This document shows, piece after piece, positions 22,712 through 35,600 of a stretch of 64,000 bases of DNA. A program made the position numbers and the translations under genes. Numbering within the stretch: the stretch's first letter is position 1; every line of letters starts with the position of its first letter. The notes under the pieces are model-generated. The model was not told the DNA's origin, did no database searches, and saw only the letters and a list, made by a program, of their open reading frames with translations. The stretch spans positions 20,712,857-20,776,856 of the forward strand of contig OZ316893.1 in NCBI GenBank assembly GCA_973895155.1. Direction: 5' to 3'. Source of the stretch: Marsupella aquatica. Lineage: Eukaryota; Plantae; Marchantiophyta.

Positions 22712-24440
22712 TTATTTGCCGTGTGGCTGTGCAGGTGCAAAATAATACTGACTCAGAGAAATGAGATGTCCGATGGTCGAAATCCATATAAATAAAACAA
22801 AGTTATAACTGGGAGGTAGATAACTCCTGGCTGCTTTACACTGTGTCTTGGTGGGAGGAAAGCAGCCAACAAAGTATGGCCTCGGATTGTATGGCGGAGG
22901 GGCCTGTACTACAAGTTCTTGTAAAGGTGGAGCAGTTTTACCCGCTGGCGGCTGTGGGGCTGGAGTTTGCAGAGAAGGCTGTGGAGGAGGATGCGGGAAC
23001 TGATATGGATGGGCTTCTGGGCCTATATGCTCTGTCTCTCCCCTGCTAGATCGACACATTTTCGCGGTCCATTGTTTGACGTCGTCCTGGAACCCCTTCA
23101 TCTCAAGTTCGAAACGCATTGTTAATTTGCGTAAAGTGGAAATTCTATTTAAAACTTTGCAACGGTATTGCTGATTCTCAAACTAAGAACCTAACAGAAG
23201 CATATGAATGATCAGTGCTCGAAAACACAACATTTTGAGGCACAATATGGAGCACTAAGGGTGATAAGGAATGACGGCGTATATTGGAACATGTTGAAAA
23301 GATCTACATCTTTGAATTCAGACAAGCAATACAAACGAGACAGCATGCAGTCCTTGCCTAATCGAACCCCCTTTGTTGGAAGCGTTGTTCCAGGGCCTTA
23401 TGGTGAAGGATTTGCTTGAAATCCACTGTGTGTGGAGAGGAAAAAAATAACAATCATGCATTCCCGAGCTACTGTAGAGACAGTATCTGAGGCATACACA
23501 GAAACCTGAAGTTTGTTGCATTGGATAGAAGTTCAAAGTAAAAGTGTCGCATCCAAAACTAAAGTCCACAATAGAAAATTCCAATGACAGAAACTTATAT
23601 TCACCACGTGTATTCTACGCACAAAGGGAACCATCTAGCAAGTGAATTGCTATATTTTCATTCATATGACAAGCGGGATTACATGACCATACTGTCAAGG
23701 GAAATTGAAATATATGGAGCTCGTCGATGCACAAATAAGCATCCGGTGGACGCTGTATCATTCGTCCTTTCTACAAAATTGACGAAGTTAGCGGCTGCTG
23801 TACCCATTGAGTAGCGCTTATCACTAGCCTCGCTGCCCGAATCGACTCGAGCGACTGGACCGAGCATTACCAGACTATGAACTCCAGTTGACGACTGCCT
23901 GATCGACCTCAAATTGGCATCAAACATTTGTCGGCTGTGAGGAATGTTTCACGAGTTTGGCCAGCTTACTGGATTTGACATGCTTGATTGTAGCTCAAAA
24001 TATGCACTTACAGTCCTGACTACGATAATTGCCCAGGTCCGGGACGTTTCTAGAGAGCCATCTTCGGAGAAAGGTGCACTACTTGTGGGCTCAATGTCAT
24101 GTCCCATCAGGCCACGAGACGGTGTTCGTAATTTCCCCATTGAGGATCAGGCCCAGATCAGATCGTATTGGATATATTTATGCTCTCTTGAATTAATTTT
24201 ACTTTGATCAGAAATTTTTGTAGGTGGCCCAGAGCTGGAAGGAATTGCCACCCCTTCTAATTCGGGTTCTAATTGTGAGGGCATCAAGGGACACTATCAT
24301 GCGCGACTTACAACATAATTAATCGCATGTCGTGAAATATGTGCCTACCGGGGTGCCTACTTGAGTTGTAGTTGGAGCACAAAAGTATCATTCCTATCCT
24401 CCCAGTTATGCAAGAAACTGGGCTGATCTGGACACATCCC
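22712..24440 (-). other. Possible spliced orphan gene or lncRNA with a Pro-rich last exon
   Basis: Minus-strand splice signals (GACT|GTAAGT ~24013, CTCACAG ~23935, pyrimidine-rich CACACAG ~23426, TTCCAG ~23088) and a Pro-rich ORF 22712-23119; no family recognised. Confidence 0.25.
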
Positions 24441-24821
24441 ACATTTTTCGGACTCTTTTGCATAATTTTAAAGAAGCACTTGTCGACATGGTAAGGCAAT
24501 TATCTGCACAATCTCCCCACAATCAATTTGGAAAAGGCTTCAGTTATTGTCGGTTTTTGATACACTGACGGTTTTAGCAATTGTGCTGTGCTTCTTTCAG
24601 AATTGGTAGAGTGAAAGCTAGCCGAGGATGGTATTGCCGTGGGCCAAATCTTCCTTGAACAGTTGCGGAAAGTCAAGAATTCGTTTGGATTGGGTTGTGG
24701 TTTCTTTCTCATATCTTCAACCATGTGGCATTAAATACGTACAGGAACTTTGCCTAGAGTCACCTGATATATGCATATATCACTGGTAATACGATACTAT
24801 GAGAAGCTAAACCTTCCATCC

Positions 24822-24900
24822 TCCAGTGGGAGTTGAACCCACTAGCCAGCCAAATTCTGGCAAGAGGAGAACTAAGTGCACCAGTTGACCCTCAGTCCCC
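24822..24900 (-). other. tRNA-like fragment or SINE head
   Basis: Minus strand has a perfect T-arm GTGGG-TTCAACT-CCCAC (B box) at 24826-24842 and a weak A-box-like GGTCAACTGG upstream; no complete cloverleaf found. Confidence 0.3.
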
Positions 24901-25360
24901 CATCTGATCATCGGAGCTGAAAAAGAACCCAGATACCGTAGTTAGCTCGAGAAGTATACAGCACACATGTAAAACCCGTCCCGAGCGTTTACAAAAAAAG
25001 TCATCAACCAAAATAAAAATTTGATGGACTGTTACGAGAACACCCAAAAACGGGGCTTAGATCAGGCAGGTCCAGCAATTATCAGAAACCTTTACTCGCC
25101 AGAGAAGGAGAGATCCTGGATTTGAGTCCTCGCTACATTTATATATTCTAGCATTTATCTGCGTTCATCTCTGTCACTGATCTAGCATTTGAGCTATGTG
25201 TGTATTCCCTGATCGAAGCGGCAAGCACATGGGTAGAACATTCGCAGCAGCTGAAAATGTCTTTCTGAAAGGAGGGTCTTTAACCATAATTCAAGGTGTA
25301 GTCGAGAAAATGATGTCTAGGGGAGATTGTTGATCGAACGAAAACGTCTAAATATCAGCC

Positions 25361-25436
25361 TTCCCGTGATTGACGATATTGGTTCGGAGAATCAGCTGAA
25401 CGTTCCCGTGATTGACGAAGTTAGTTCGGAGAATCA
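25361..25436. repeat. 42-bp period tandem duplication
   Basis: TTCCCGTGATTGACGA...GTTCGGAGAATCA twice. Confidence 0.8.
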
Positions 25437-27010
25437 TCAACAAGCTTATTAGTTGTCATCCATTATTAAGAATCAGGAGCTCTGGGTGACAATGAAACCA
25501 TAGAGCAAGGTCGTTTGAGAACCTCATGAGCAGTACCCAGCAAATATTAGAACCTCTGGAAACGGTACTAATCTCTCGACTGAAACCACTTCTAAAAAAT
25601 TCCATCAGAGCTTTATCACCAAAGATCACGAGGTGCATCCTTCCGAGACCGACGCAACTAATACAGCAAGTCCCTTAGAAACGATTCAGTTTTCTCGTCT
25701 TCAAGTTCGTGAGTGCAATGCAAATGTCTATCGCCGCAAGGTCCGGCACCTCGATGCCAACCTGGGAAAGGGTAACAGAAGCGGGAACAGAAGTAAATGA
25801 GACTCTACCCGCACAATCCCAGAGAGCATGATTTCGAGGGTACGTGGTTTCCTGTCATTGAGGAATGATGGAGCCTCGCTCGGCGAGAAAGAAAGGTGGG
25901 AGCTAGGGTAGAGCGCTCTGTACGCGCTTCATGAGGGGAACGGGTGAAGGCGCAGGATTTTCTCACAATAACGCTCGACTATTCTGGCTAAACATGAGTG
26001 CAGAGATCAAGTGGATGTATTCCAACGATAGCTATGACATCGCGCGGTGTTCGAAACATCAATTCTGAAATTCTGCTATGATTCGTAGTCACGGGTATGG
26101 TTTACTTACTTTGCAGCTGCTGCAGTAGCTTTTCATTCATGATCGAGAAACGCTTCGTCATTATTGAAAGCGTACGTTCGGATCGCAACTTGCTGACTTC
26201 AACTTTGCTCCTTGAAATTGAGGACTGACCACTCTCACAAGAAAAACAAAACTGTACTGATGCGCAACCAGTCTGTCGCTAACATTGCGCGATGTAAAGA
26301 TCAAATACTTTAATGGTGTACGTTTGTCACTGAGCATTCCTTAGGTTGCAGAATTTCGTTTCATGCAGTCCTATGCACTGTGTGTTTGGTTCTGAACCTC
26401 ATTAGATTGGCAAGCGATGCCCCCATCTATAGGTGACAAATCTGATCACACACTGTCGAATTCAGCCTGCTTCAAAGAACTCGCGAAGACAAGTAGTCCA
26501 CGATTTTCAATTACGGTGCATTGTATGCCCCTAGAGAGCTGACCTGATGTGCCCAAGACGTTACTTGGGCCAACCTGTTAGCTTGGAATTCAGACACTTA
26601 ACGCACGGGACTCCGTATCTTCGGCCAAGGCTTTGCCAACATTTTGGAATTCAGACACTTTTTGCTTTCGCTGAGTCGTCCGCTGACTTGCGGATCGACG
26701 GATCAGTCTCCCCTCTTTTCGTTTCCTCGTCTGCAGTCCGTCCAAACAATGCCCGTGCTCGTCCTTTCCGTTTGCTCATCCTTTCCGTCTGACAATCCTG
26801 AGCCATTTCTCTACACTCGAGCAATCGAAGGGCGCCCGCCTTTCCATCGATAGTGGAACTTTACTCCCCCACAATTGACAGCAGTCCAACAGCTGGTAGA
26901 TCTCTTGTAATTAATAGGCCTCGTAGTGGACTGCCAATGCGATTTCATTGACAGATGGCGAACCCCTTTAACATCGATTGCAAAATGTGAAGGACTTTAG
27001 AGAAGTCAAC

Positions 27011-27178
27011 AAATGCAAATTGGGTTGTTTGGGCTGCTGGAAGACAATGGACGTTCAGCCAACGCCAGACCGTCCATGAATACTCTGAAGGACAAGTTGC
27101 CAAACTCAGATTGCGTTATTTGGGCCGCTGGACGGCAATGGCCGGTCAGCTTACGCCAGGTCGTCCGCAAAACACTTT
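27011..27178. repeat. Diverged 91-bp period tandem duplication
   Basis: AAATGCAAATTGGGTTGTTTGGGCTGCTGGAAGACAATGG... vs AAACTCAGATTGCGTTATTTGGGCCGCTGGACGGCAATGG... Confidence 0.75.
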
Positions 27179-28691
27179 TCTCAAGTCTCGGATTGAGTAC
27201 ACTACAGTGCTGTAAATTGGCGACGTTAGTGTAGTAGAGCGAGGACTTCTGTCTGTAGAAGGACCCACTTGGTCTGGTGCCGATCGCCACACGCAATGCA
27301 GCAGTACTTTGCTATAGATGGAAAACGTCTCAATGCAATTTGTAGCTCAGGAGTCGTGGTCAATTTCTCAATTGTGCGGGAAATTGCACAAGGTTGTCAG
27401 ACCGATAAGAAAATGTGCTCAAAATGAAGTGTATGAATATGTTGTTGAAGTGTGCAATTGGATATGTAGTTTTACCTCAGAAGTGAATGAAAATTCACGA
27501 GCAATACAGTGTCGTGATGTTATGCAACGGGAGTAAAGTACTTCATGTATTAGCCATCCAGAATAGCACATTGCCATGTCAACATTAGAGTGCAGTAACC
27601 TCCCAAGGCGCAAAGCCGTTCGAGATTACAGGCATCAAACTTAGCACACCTCACAGCGATGTGTTCCTCGACCAGCTAGAAGTACGACTGGCATCCATGC
27701 GGCCTGGTGTGAATGGAGGCTCTCATGCTAACATTTCGGGCCCCACTTCCGCTTCTTGCAATTTATTCCCTTACGGGCTCATGAATTTGAGGCAGACATC
27801 AGTTTCTGGGGAGATTCTTGATTAGAACGGAAGGTGGGACGCTTGTAGTAGTGAGGACTTTGCACTTGATGCTTCTTCTTGATCCATGAATGGAGTCCAG
27901 TCTACTTCATCTACGTCCTGTACAATGTCAAAATCGGTTACTCTCATACTGAATACTAGCGACGTCAGAGATAAGCCCAGCCAAGTTCACATTTCGGCTT
28001 CCCATAGCCATAGTGATGTACTTGTAATTCATTCATTTATTCATGTACTCGATTGACCTGAGCAGATTGATAACATGAACCCACCAGAACATCCAATAGG
28101 GCCTCTCCGAACCCACACTTTCCAAGGAGACAGTAACAGTCATTTTGGAGATAAAGTACTAAAACTCTCGAGTAGCCTCGACTGAATATTTGTTTGTCCT
28201 TCGCTTCAAGGCATCTTTATCATTCGCGAGTTTCCCGCTCTGTCGGTAACCCTGCTTTTGTCAGAATCCAACCTGTTGCGGAACCCAGTCTACCTCTTTT
28301 ACCGTGTTGTCTCTGTAAGCTGCTGGGCCATGATGAACTTTGCACCTCCTATAATCTGATGTTGTACCTTCCTCAAATCTGCTGTTCTCACAACATAACC
28401 AGCGTGCTTACGTTATCCAGCAGGACGGCGACCTCCGGCCTTCATCTAGGCTTTTGACGCTTTCCAAATTTGAAGATGTCAACCTAGGGTAGTTCGTTTT
28501 CTCTCCCTGCCATCGTATTGCCTAGTTCCCGCCAGTCCTTTCTTCTGTATTTCTGGGTTTCGTCCGTCAGCTTTGTTTCTATCGCGATGTCGATATCACT
28601 GACTCCGCACTTTCGCTCACACTTTCGATCATCTAGTCTCTTTTAAATGACCAACTCCGGATCTTCTTGTTTGTTACAACTATTGAACGTT

Positions 28692-28810
28692 TGAACCTGG
28701 ATTCTTATGCAGAAAACGGACGTCTAATATTCGGATTCTGACTAGCGCACTGAACCTAAGTTCTTAAGCAGAAAAACGGACGTTTATATTCAGATTCTGA
28801 CCAGCGCCCA
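28692..28810. repeat. ~59-bp tandem duplication
   Basis: TGAACCT..TTCTTA.GCAGAAAA(A)CGGACGT...ATATTC.GATTCTGAC.AGCGC twice. Confidence 0.8.
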
Positions 28811-31800
28811 ATCTGTACTTGCTCGTGCTTGGTGTACAACAACCAGTTCGCGGCTAAACTGTCGACGGTGTAATACTGTTGATACTGTAAGTCCATCAAC
28901 CGTTATGACTTAGCACTCAATGTCACTTGTGAGTGCGGGCTTCGTCCCCGCTGAGCTTGAAAGTTTTCTCTATTAATCTCCGTTCTCCTGGATTGAAGAT
29001 CGTCATTTGCTCTCCCAGCCTACAAATAGGCGAGATCTATTTAAGGAGTTCCAAGAGAAATCGTCCTGCACATGCGTATAGTGAAGTGGGCTTGAAAGTA
29101 GTTATTGAAGCATCCATTAGATTACGAATCAAACTAGACAGATGCATTTGACATTCCTCGCCAGACAGACGGGCGTAGCAGCGGAGAGAGACGATACAAA
29201 TTACTACGTACTTTTAAGATTAAGAGGTTCGGGGACGGCAACAGTAGTGTTGGGTATTCTTTCCGTCAAATATGTCCTGGTGGTTTCCGACTATTCAGCA
29301 AAAAACTTCAACCGGATGCAACCCACAGTCGAACTGACATTAGCTACGACCGTGGCTCATGTTGAAGACGTCAACAGGCCTTAATGACGAATTCAATACA
29401 GGAAGTTCAAAATCTCAACCAATCCCAGGCCGATCAGGCCACACAGTTTGCACTGGGAGTCACCCCTCATGCATGTCCATTTCTCACGGCAACACGCGGG
29501 AACGATTACCTCGCACATCGCAGGAAGCTACAGAGAAATGACCAATGCCAGCAGGGTCGCGAACAACGACCCCCATGTCCTGCAGACTCCAGACGAAGGA
29601 CAGTCTCAAGAGAAGGAAAAACCACATAACAAACCAAACGAAGCAGCCCTCCGAACCACTTATCAAGCAACAGGATATGGATACACAGCAACTTCCAAGA
29701 AAGTCTAAACTTTAGAAGTTCGAAAGAACTCTAAACAGGCTCGAAAGGGGCAGCAGTGCTACTAAGGCCTGCTACTAAGGCCACCTGAAAGGAAACACTG
29801 GCCTGGGCTGCGACAGATACAACTTGGATGGGCAAAGTTCATCAGAGAAGCCATTGTTTCAAGTCCTGGAGTAGAAGTAGTGTATATCGTTGCATGACAA
29901 TGACATCATCATAGAAGAATAACAAAGATACTAAGCTAGTCGAATCAAGCCCTTTGGTACATTTTGCGCTGCATTCATGGACAAACTAAATCAAAATCCA
30001 GCCTGGTCTGGCGGATTATTCCTGCGGATTTACATCGTGAGGGAGTCACAGCTGCTATCAGCAGAGAAGCGGCGTACCGAGGTTGATTTCCATTCTGAAT
30101 TGTAACTACTCTTGCAGACCCTTTATTCACAACACCGTTCAAGAACTACAGACTCCATCGACTCCTAGACATTAATCAAAGTTTAGGTTCAGAACCAGGA
30201 GTTTGAGAAACTGTATCTGAAAGTTTGCACTGGTGGGGTCAATCTTCAATCCGAGGTAGATCAAAACTTACTTCAGCTCCTAACATAACATGGCTTCTTC
30301 CTATTGCTTTGTTAAATGCCATCGATACCCTCAAACGATAGGCGTCCCTATAGTTTGTTACTTGCAGGTCGAGAGTCTTTCAGTCTCCGAGTCAACTTGT
30401 TCACTCCATCAAGTTTTCACTGGGAGATATTCCTCAAGGGTTCAAATATTTTGTGCACGTGGATACCGCACCACTCTTGAGCGTAATCCGACCATGGATG
30501 TGCTCGACAATTGCAATTAAAGAATGTCACTACAGAGTTTGGAATGCGTTCATTCTATTATCAGATTCTAAAAGGTACAACAGTCTGATCAGGGAAAGTT
30601 AGGCATAGTTCCACGCATTATGAGCCACCAACTACAATTGAGTGTCACAGTCAGAAATTGCATTTTCCTTACCAGATTCTACAAGGTCCGAGCAATCACA
30701 TTCAGCAAAATTGTACGCAACGACCGTAAGCTACAATCATCCAAGAAGAACCGATTCCCATCACAGAAATCCAGAAGTAGTGCCTGAGGGCTGGTAGAAC
30801 AGAGAACACAGAGAAACAAGTGCTTAGAAAGGCTCGCGGGGACCACGTGCACAACAAGGAACGAATCAAACCGCTATCAACCAACGGGGGAGTTGTTCAA
30901 AATGACCTGATTATCTGACACAGAAAATTTGGCTAGTCTACTTCAAGCTCAGGATTACATGCGCCTTTGTGACACTAGGTGCCAATCGAAGAGGAGGCGC
31001 AGAATCACGAGGGGAAAATCCATCAATTAACATGAAGACTAAGGATCCAGCTCTCAGGGCCCTCAGTTCAGGTGGCACGATGACATCGGGAAAAGACAGC
31101 AGGAAACATACACAGAGAGGTGTAGGACTATTACGTTAAACAAGGGCCAAACAGGTCACGTCCCAGAATTGAGTAATCTAATCAGCTGCTGCATGGCAGC
31201 TGTCAGCTATATAAAAGAAAACATTCAACAGGAAGGAAAGCACTAATAAGTTAGTTCACTCTTGAGCGAAACAAGCGAAAGTAGAGTTTAAGACTACTGA
31301 TAGTCAAATAAAACACTCTTCGATAATAGGAGCGCTCCACCATTCTTTCAAGAACTAAAAGAAACATGCTGGCCCAAAGAAAGGAAGGGATGAAGTATGA
31401 CGGGTTCTACTGACGATTCGGGGGGACCATGGAACTGGAACACCAGCAAGAACGGTAACCACAGGGACGATCACAGATGAATTTCGATGAAGAAGCACTT
31501 TTAGGTGTATTTAATCACAACAGTCAAAAGACTTTGGTCCGGGTAATTCACCTCGCAAATAACTACAACGCAATAAACGAAGCACGACTTAAAAGAAGGA
31601 TTGCCGTTAGAAGTTCCTCCGAACGTATGTGCACAGGACCCCGCAACAGGTTCAAGGGCCCTATGGCCTAATCAATTGTCGAAAACATTCAAGAGGATGA
31701 TGTCCCCATTGCCCAAACAAAGTCTCTTGTCTTGTGAATAACAGTTGGCAGACATATATTCCATGAGGCATACTGTGAATAATACTTAAATCCTCCATCT

Positions 31801-32652
31801 CCAGTTGAATACATCCTTCATACCTCTATGGCTGCCATAAAATTTAACGTGGCATAGAGTGCAAAAGACGAGATATAGATAATGCAAAATACAACTGATT
31901 TGTAAAATTCACAGCATTATCCAAACTGACCAATTGGCTACACGTCAAGTCTAGCATCAATAAGAGCGAACTGTTCCAATAGTGATATAGGAAAAGGAAA
32001 AGGGAAAAAGCCCAGATGAAGCGATCCACAATTTCGTAGGAAACACTGCATTCAGCAATCAGTTCTCTAAAAAGCATAATATTCTTCAAAAAATGGTTAA
32101 TTTCAATGGTTACACACCTGCTTCAAACAGATGAGGAGAAACAGGTACAATATGTACAAAATCCAGTTTAGTTATTGTCCACTGAGTCTAGTCTCTACCA
32201 GGTACCTGGATAACTTACTTGCGGTAACTGAGTAAGTTCTTCACAACAAAGAATTCATCCTCACCCACTTGGGTGCAGGGCCTTTTGATCCAAATTACAG
32301 CTCATAGCCTGGAGACAAAAAAAGATTAAAAAACCGTGCGCAGAACTAAGAGACTCTTAAATTCATCAAGAGCTCCAAAAACAAGCTCCCTACATTCCCT
32401 CCCTCAGTTGGCAGTCTCCCCTTTGCAGAAAGTCTATATGTGCAACATGAATATGCAAAAAAAGGGTAAACGGAAGCAAGAGAACAAATTGGCACCTTTG
32501 GTTTCAGTTGTATCTCCCAGAAAGCGGTCAGATAAGTGACCCAGCCTTCTCAGTTTAATCTCAACATTTACTCAGGACAAATGCTATATCCTACAGACTT
32601 CTGTCAAAACAGTCATCGACACTTGAATTCATCTCCTCATTTGAAGATACTA

Positions 32653-35600
32653 TCAAGAAGGCCTCCATTGAGTTGGAGTAGGGCCTCCAGGTCGAAAGTT
32701 AAGCATATGTTGACCTTGAGGTGGTGGTGGTGGTGGCACTGACAAACCAATAGATACAGCATTAGTGAGTAGCTTGGGCAGTTCATATCACAGAAGTCAA
32801 TGACTCCCTTGACTAACTGACTACGAACAGAAGATTCCAGGTAGGGAGATAGTGAATTTACCTGTGCCACCTTGCAGCATTGTTCCAGGTAAGCTTGCCC
32901 CGTACTGAAACGGCGGAGACGGGATCAGCATGTTCCCTGGAATGTTACCCTGCATTGGCGCAGAATGCCTGAATGGAGGTTGTGCAAATGGCTGAGGCAC
33001 AACGGGATGGTGCATATTCACATGGCCTGATGAATACGTAGGAGCATGACTTGGCCGCATCATACCATTATTCATTCTATACACTTGATCAGGAGGGTAC
33101 GTGCTCCCTGACAGGAACTGAGCTCCACCTCCTGTATTCTCACCACTCATATGGCCTGCAGTGCGTGCGGAATCATGAACGACCAATTATTACTAACACA
33201 CCCCTCAACTTAGGTCCTATTCAATTGATGGTCTTCACACCTTAAACATGTGACAGCCGACGCTCTCTACTTCTAAACAGAACAACCAAAAGCAAAATAA
33301 AATCTGGATCTTGAAACCACTTGCAGAAAATATACATCATTGCCAAAGTTTCTTCGAGGGGCGGAAAGTCGTAGCATGTACCTTCGGTCGGCAAAGCTGA
33401 ACCACCTGCCACAGGCACTGGTCGTCCATCCACATGAGTGAGACCTGACTCCACAGCCCTATCTACGGCAGGATCGTGCCTCTGTCGAAGATGTGGTGAG
33501 ACTTTCTCTTGGTCTACCCCAAATTGTGTTGAGGATTGAGGAGGACCACCAGGAAGAGGTTTGAGGGGTTGCATATAAGGTCTCTGTGCAAAACCAGGAT
33601 TTCCAAGAGCCAAGGATGGAGCATGAGAGGTATTTTGAGGAATATGAGGAGAGGTTTGAGGCACATGGGCAGAACCTTGACCAACATGGACAGCATTCTG
33701 GGACACATGTCCTAGATTTTGCATCCGCGGAACTGGGGTGCTACTTTGCGGATGATGAGAGTTATGTTGGACATGAAGATGTGTGGCAGTTTGAGCAACA
33801 TGCTGTGCGTGAGCAGCACTTTGTGCAAGATGTTTAGCGTGAGCAGCTGCATAAGCACTTGGCGGGCCATGAGAATTTAGTGCAGGTGCAAGACCCGGTG
33901 AAATAGGGGGACCAAGGTTACCATAAGGCAGAGAAACGGCCAGGTTGGGACCGTTGGGACGTGTTGCTATCGGAGCATTTGGGAATGTAGATGAAGACCC
34001 ATATGAAGGACCTACAACAGAATGAGTAACTTGAATTGGCTGTGCCGTAAAAGGAGTGAAGATACCTGGTCTAGGCTGATCTGTGTCTCGCAACAGTGGC
34101 TTTCCAACAGGCATGAAGGGCTGAACGGGTTGTAAACTCGAATCAGAATGACTAGCCCGCGACGGCACTGGTGACTGTTCCTCTGCGACAGTAACTGGTG
34201 GAGAAGGGGGAAGGGGAGGGGGCGAAGGTGGAGGAGATGCAGGCAAAGGAGGAGGTGATGGCGGAGAGCCAGAAGGAGGTGGGGGAGGTGGAGGAGGTCC
34301 TTGAGGGAGAGGAGGTTGGGGACTGCCGGCAATAGATGATTCGCTTACATCTGACACTGCAGCAGCTTGACCTTCGGTGGATGAAGCTGGATGAGGAGGG
34401 CTTTCATCCAGTGTCTCCTCCATCCTCGCCCTCAAATCATTTTCAGAAGGAGAGACATCTTCCATCTCTAGCTCACCATCAACAGCTTCCAAAACATGGC
34501 AGTGTTTTTCAGCTTCCTCCTGCTTCTCAGGTTCAGCTGCAACTGAGCTATCTTTAGTCTCGTCGGGTTGACTCAAATGAACGGTGTCCTCTTTGTCACT
34601 CTGTTTACCTCCATCTCCATCACTACCTTCCTCGTCATCTTCAAACATTCGTGGAAGATTCAAGCCTGCCAGTGCAAAACTCGCATTGCTGCAATTGCAT
34701 GAAGAGCATAAAAACATCAGGGACTCCGGCAGAAGCAGGCCAAGAGATTTGGTCAACTTTCGATCTGTAGAGGACCATTAAAAGTCACTTGAAAGAAACA
34801 GGTTGTGGCTCATTCATACCTTCCATATTCATCAACAAACATGCCCTCCATTTCCCTTAATGGATCGTCCACAGCACGCTCTGATCGTGACGGTCGCCGG
34901 CTATTACCAACCGACAACTTATCATCGTTGTGGGACTCAATCTCAGTGATAAAGTGTCGTAAAACTTGCTCGGGTAAGATGCCTCGTTCTAACCACAACT
35001 TAAGTACCTGGAGAGATGTACAATTAACCAATTACCAACAATATAACAACGCAGAAAACTCTGCACAGCTTATCGGAATTTAAGAAACAAGGAGCGTGCC
35101 AGAACCAACCTTCAGACATTGCCGCCGATTTTCTCGAGCACTAGTTCCGGGTGGAGCTGCCGCATTGAGTAAGCGAGGCAATGCCTCTTTCACAATAGGG
35201 GGAAATGCTGCTCCAATAACTCCTGCAGAGCACAGTAGATGAAGGTTAACACAATGACTTATCAAACCAATGTTAAAAAGGTTTCAAACTTTCGGCGTGT
35301 GCAAACAACTGAGCATACCTTTCGAACCGTGTGAACATTGAGTGATAGAATCCACCAGGAAAAACAGGTCAACACGGCGATGAAAACTCGGCTCATTTTC
35401 CAGTTTCTCAACAATCGTTTCCACAATCTACGAAACATTCAAAAAAAGCCAATTAGTACCGAAATTGCAAAGATATCTATCTATCGATATATAGTAGCCA
35501 AACAATCGAAAGGAGATAAGTGCACCTCAAGGACAATGCTTTGAGACTAGGTACGCTACGTTTGTGTCAAGAGCTCAAATATCAAATAACCTCTCCAGAC

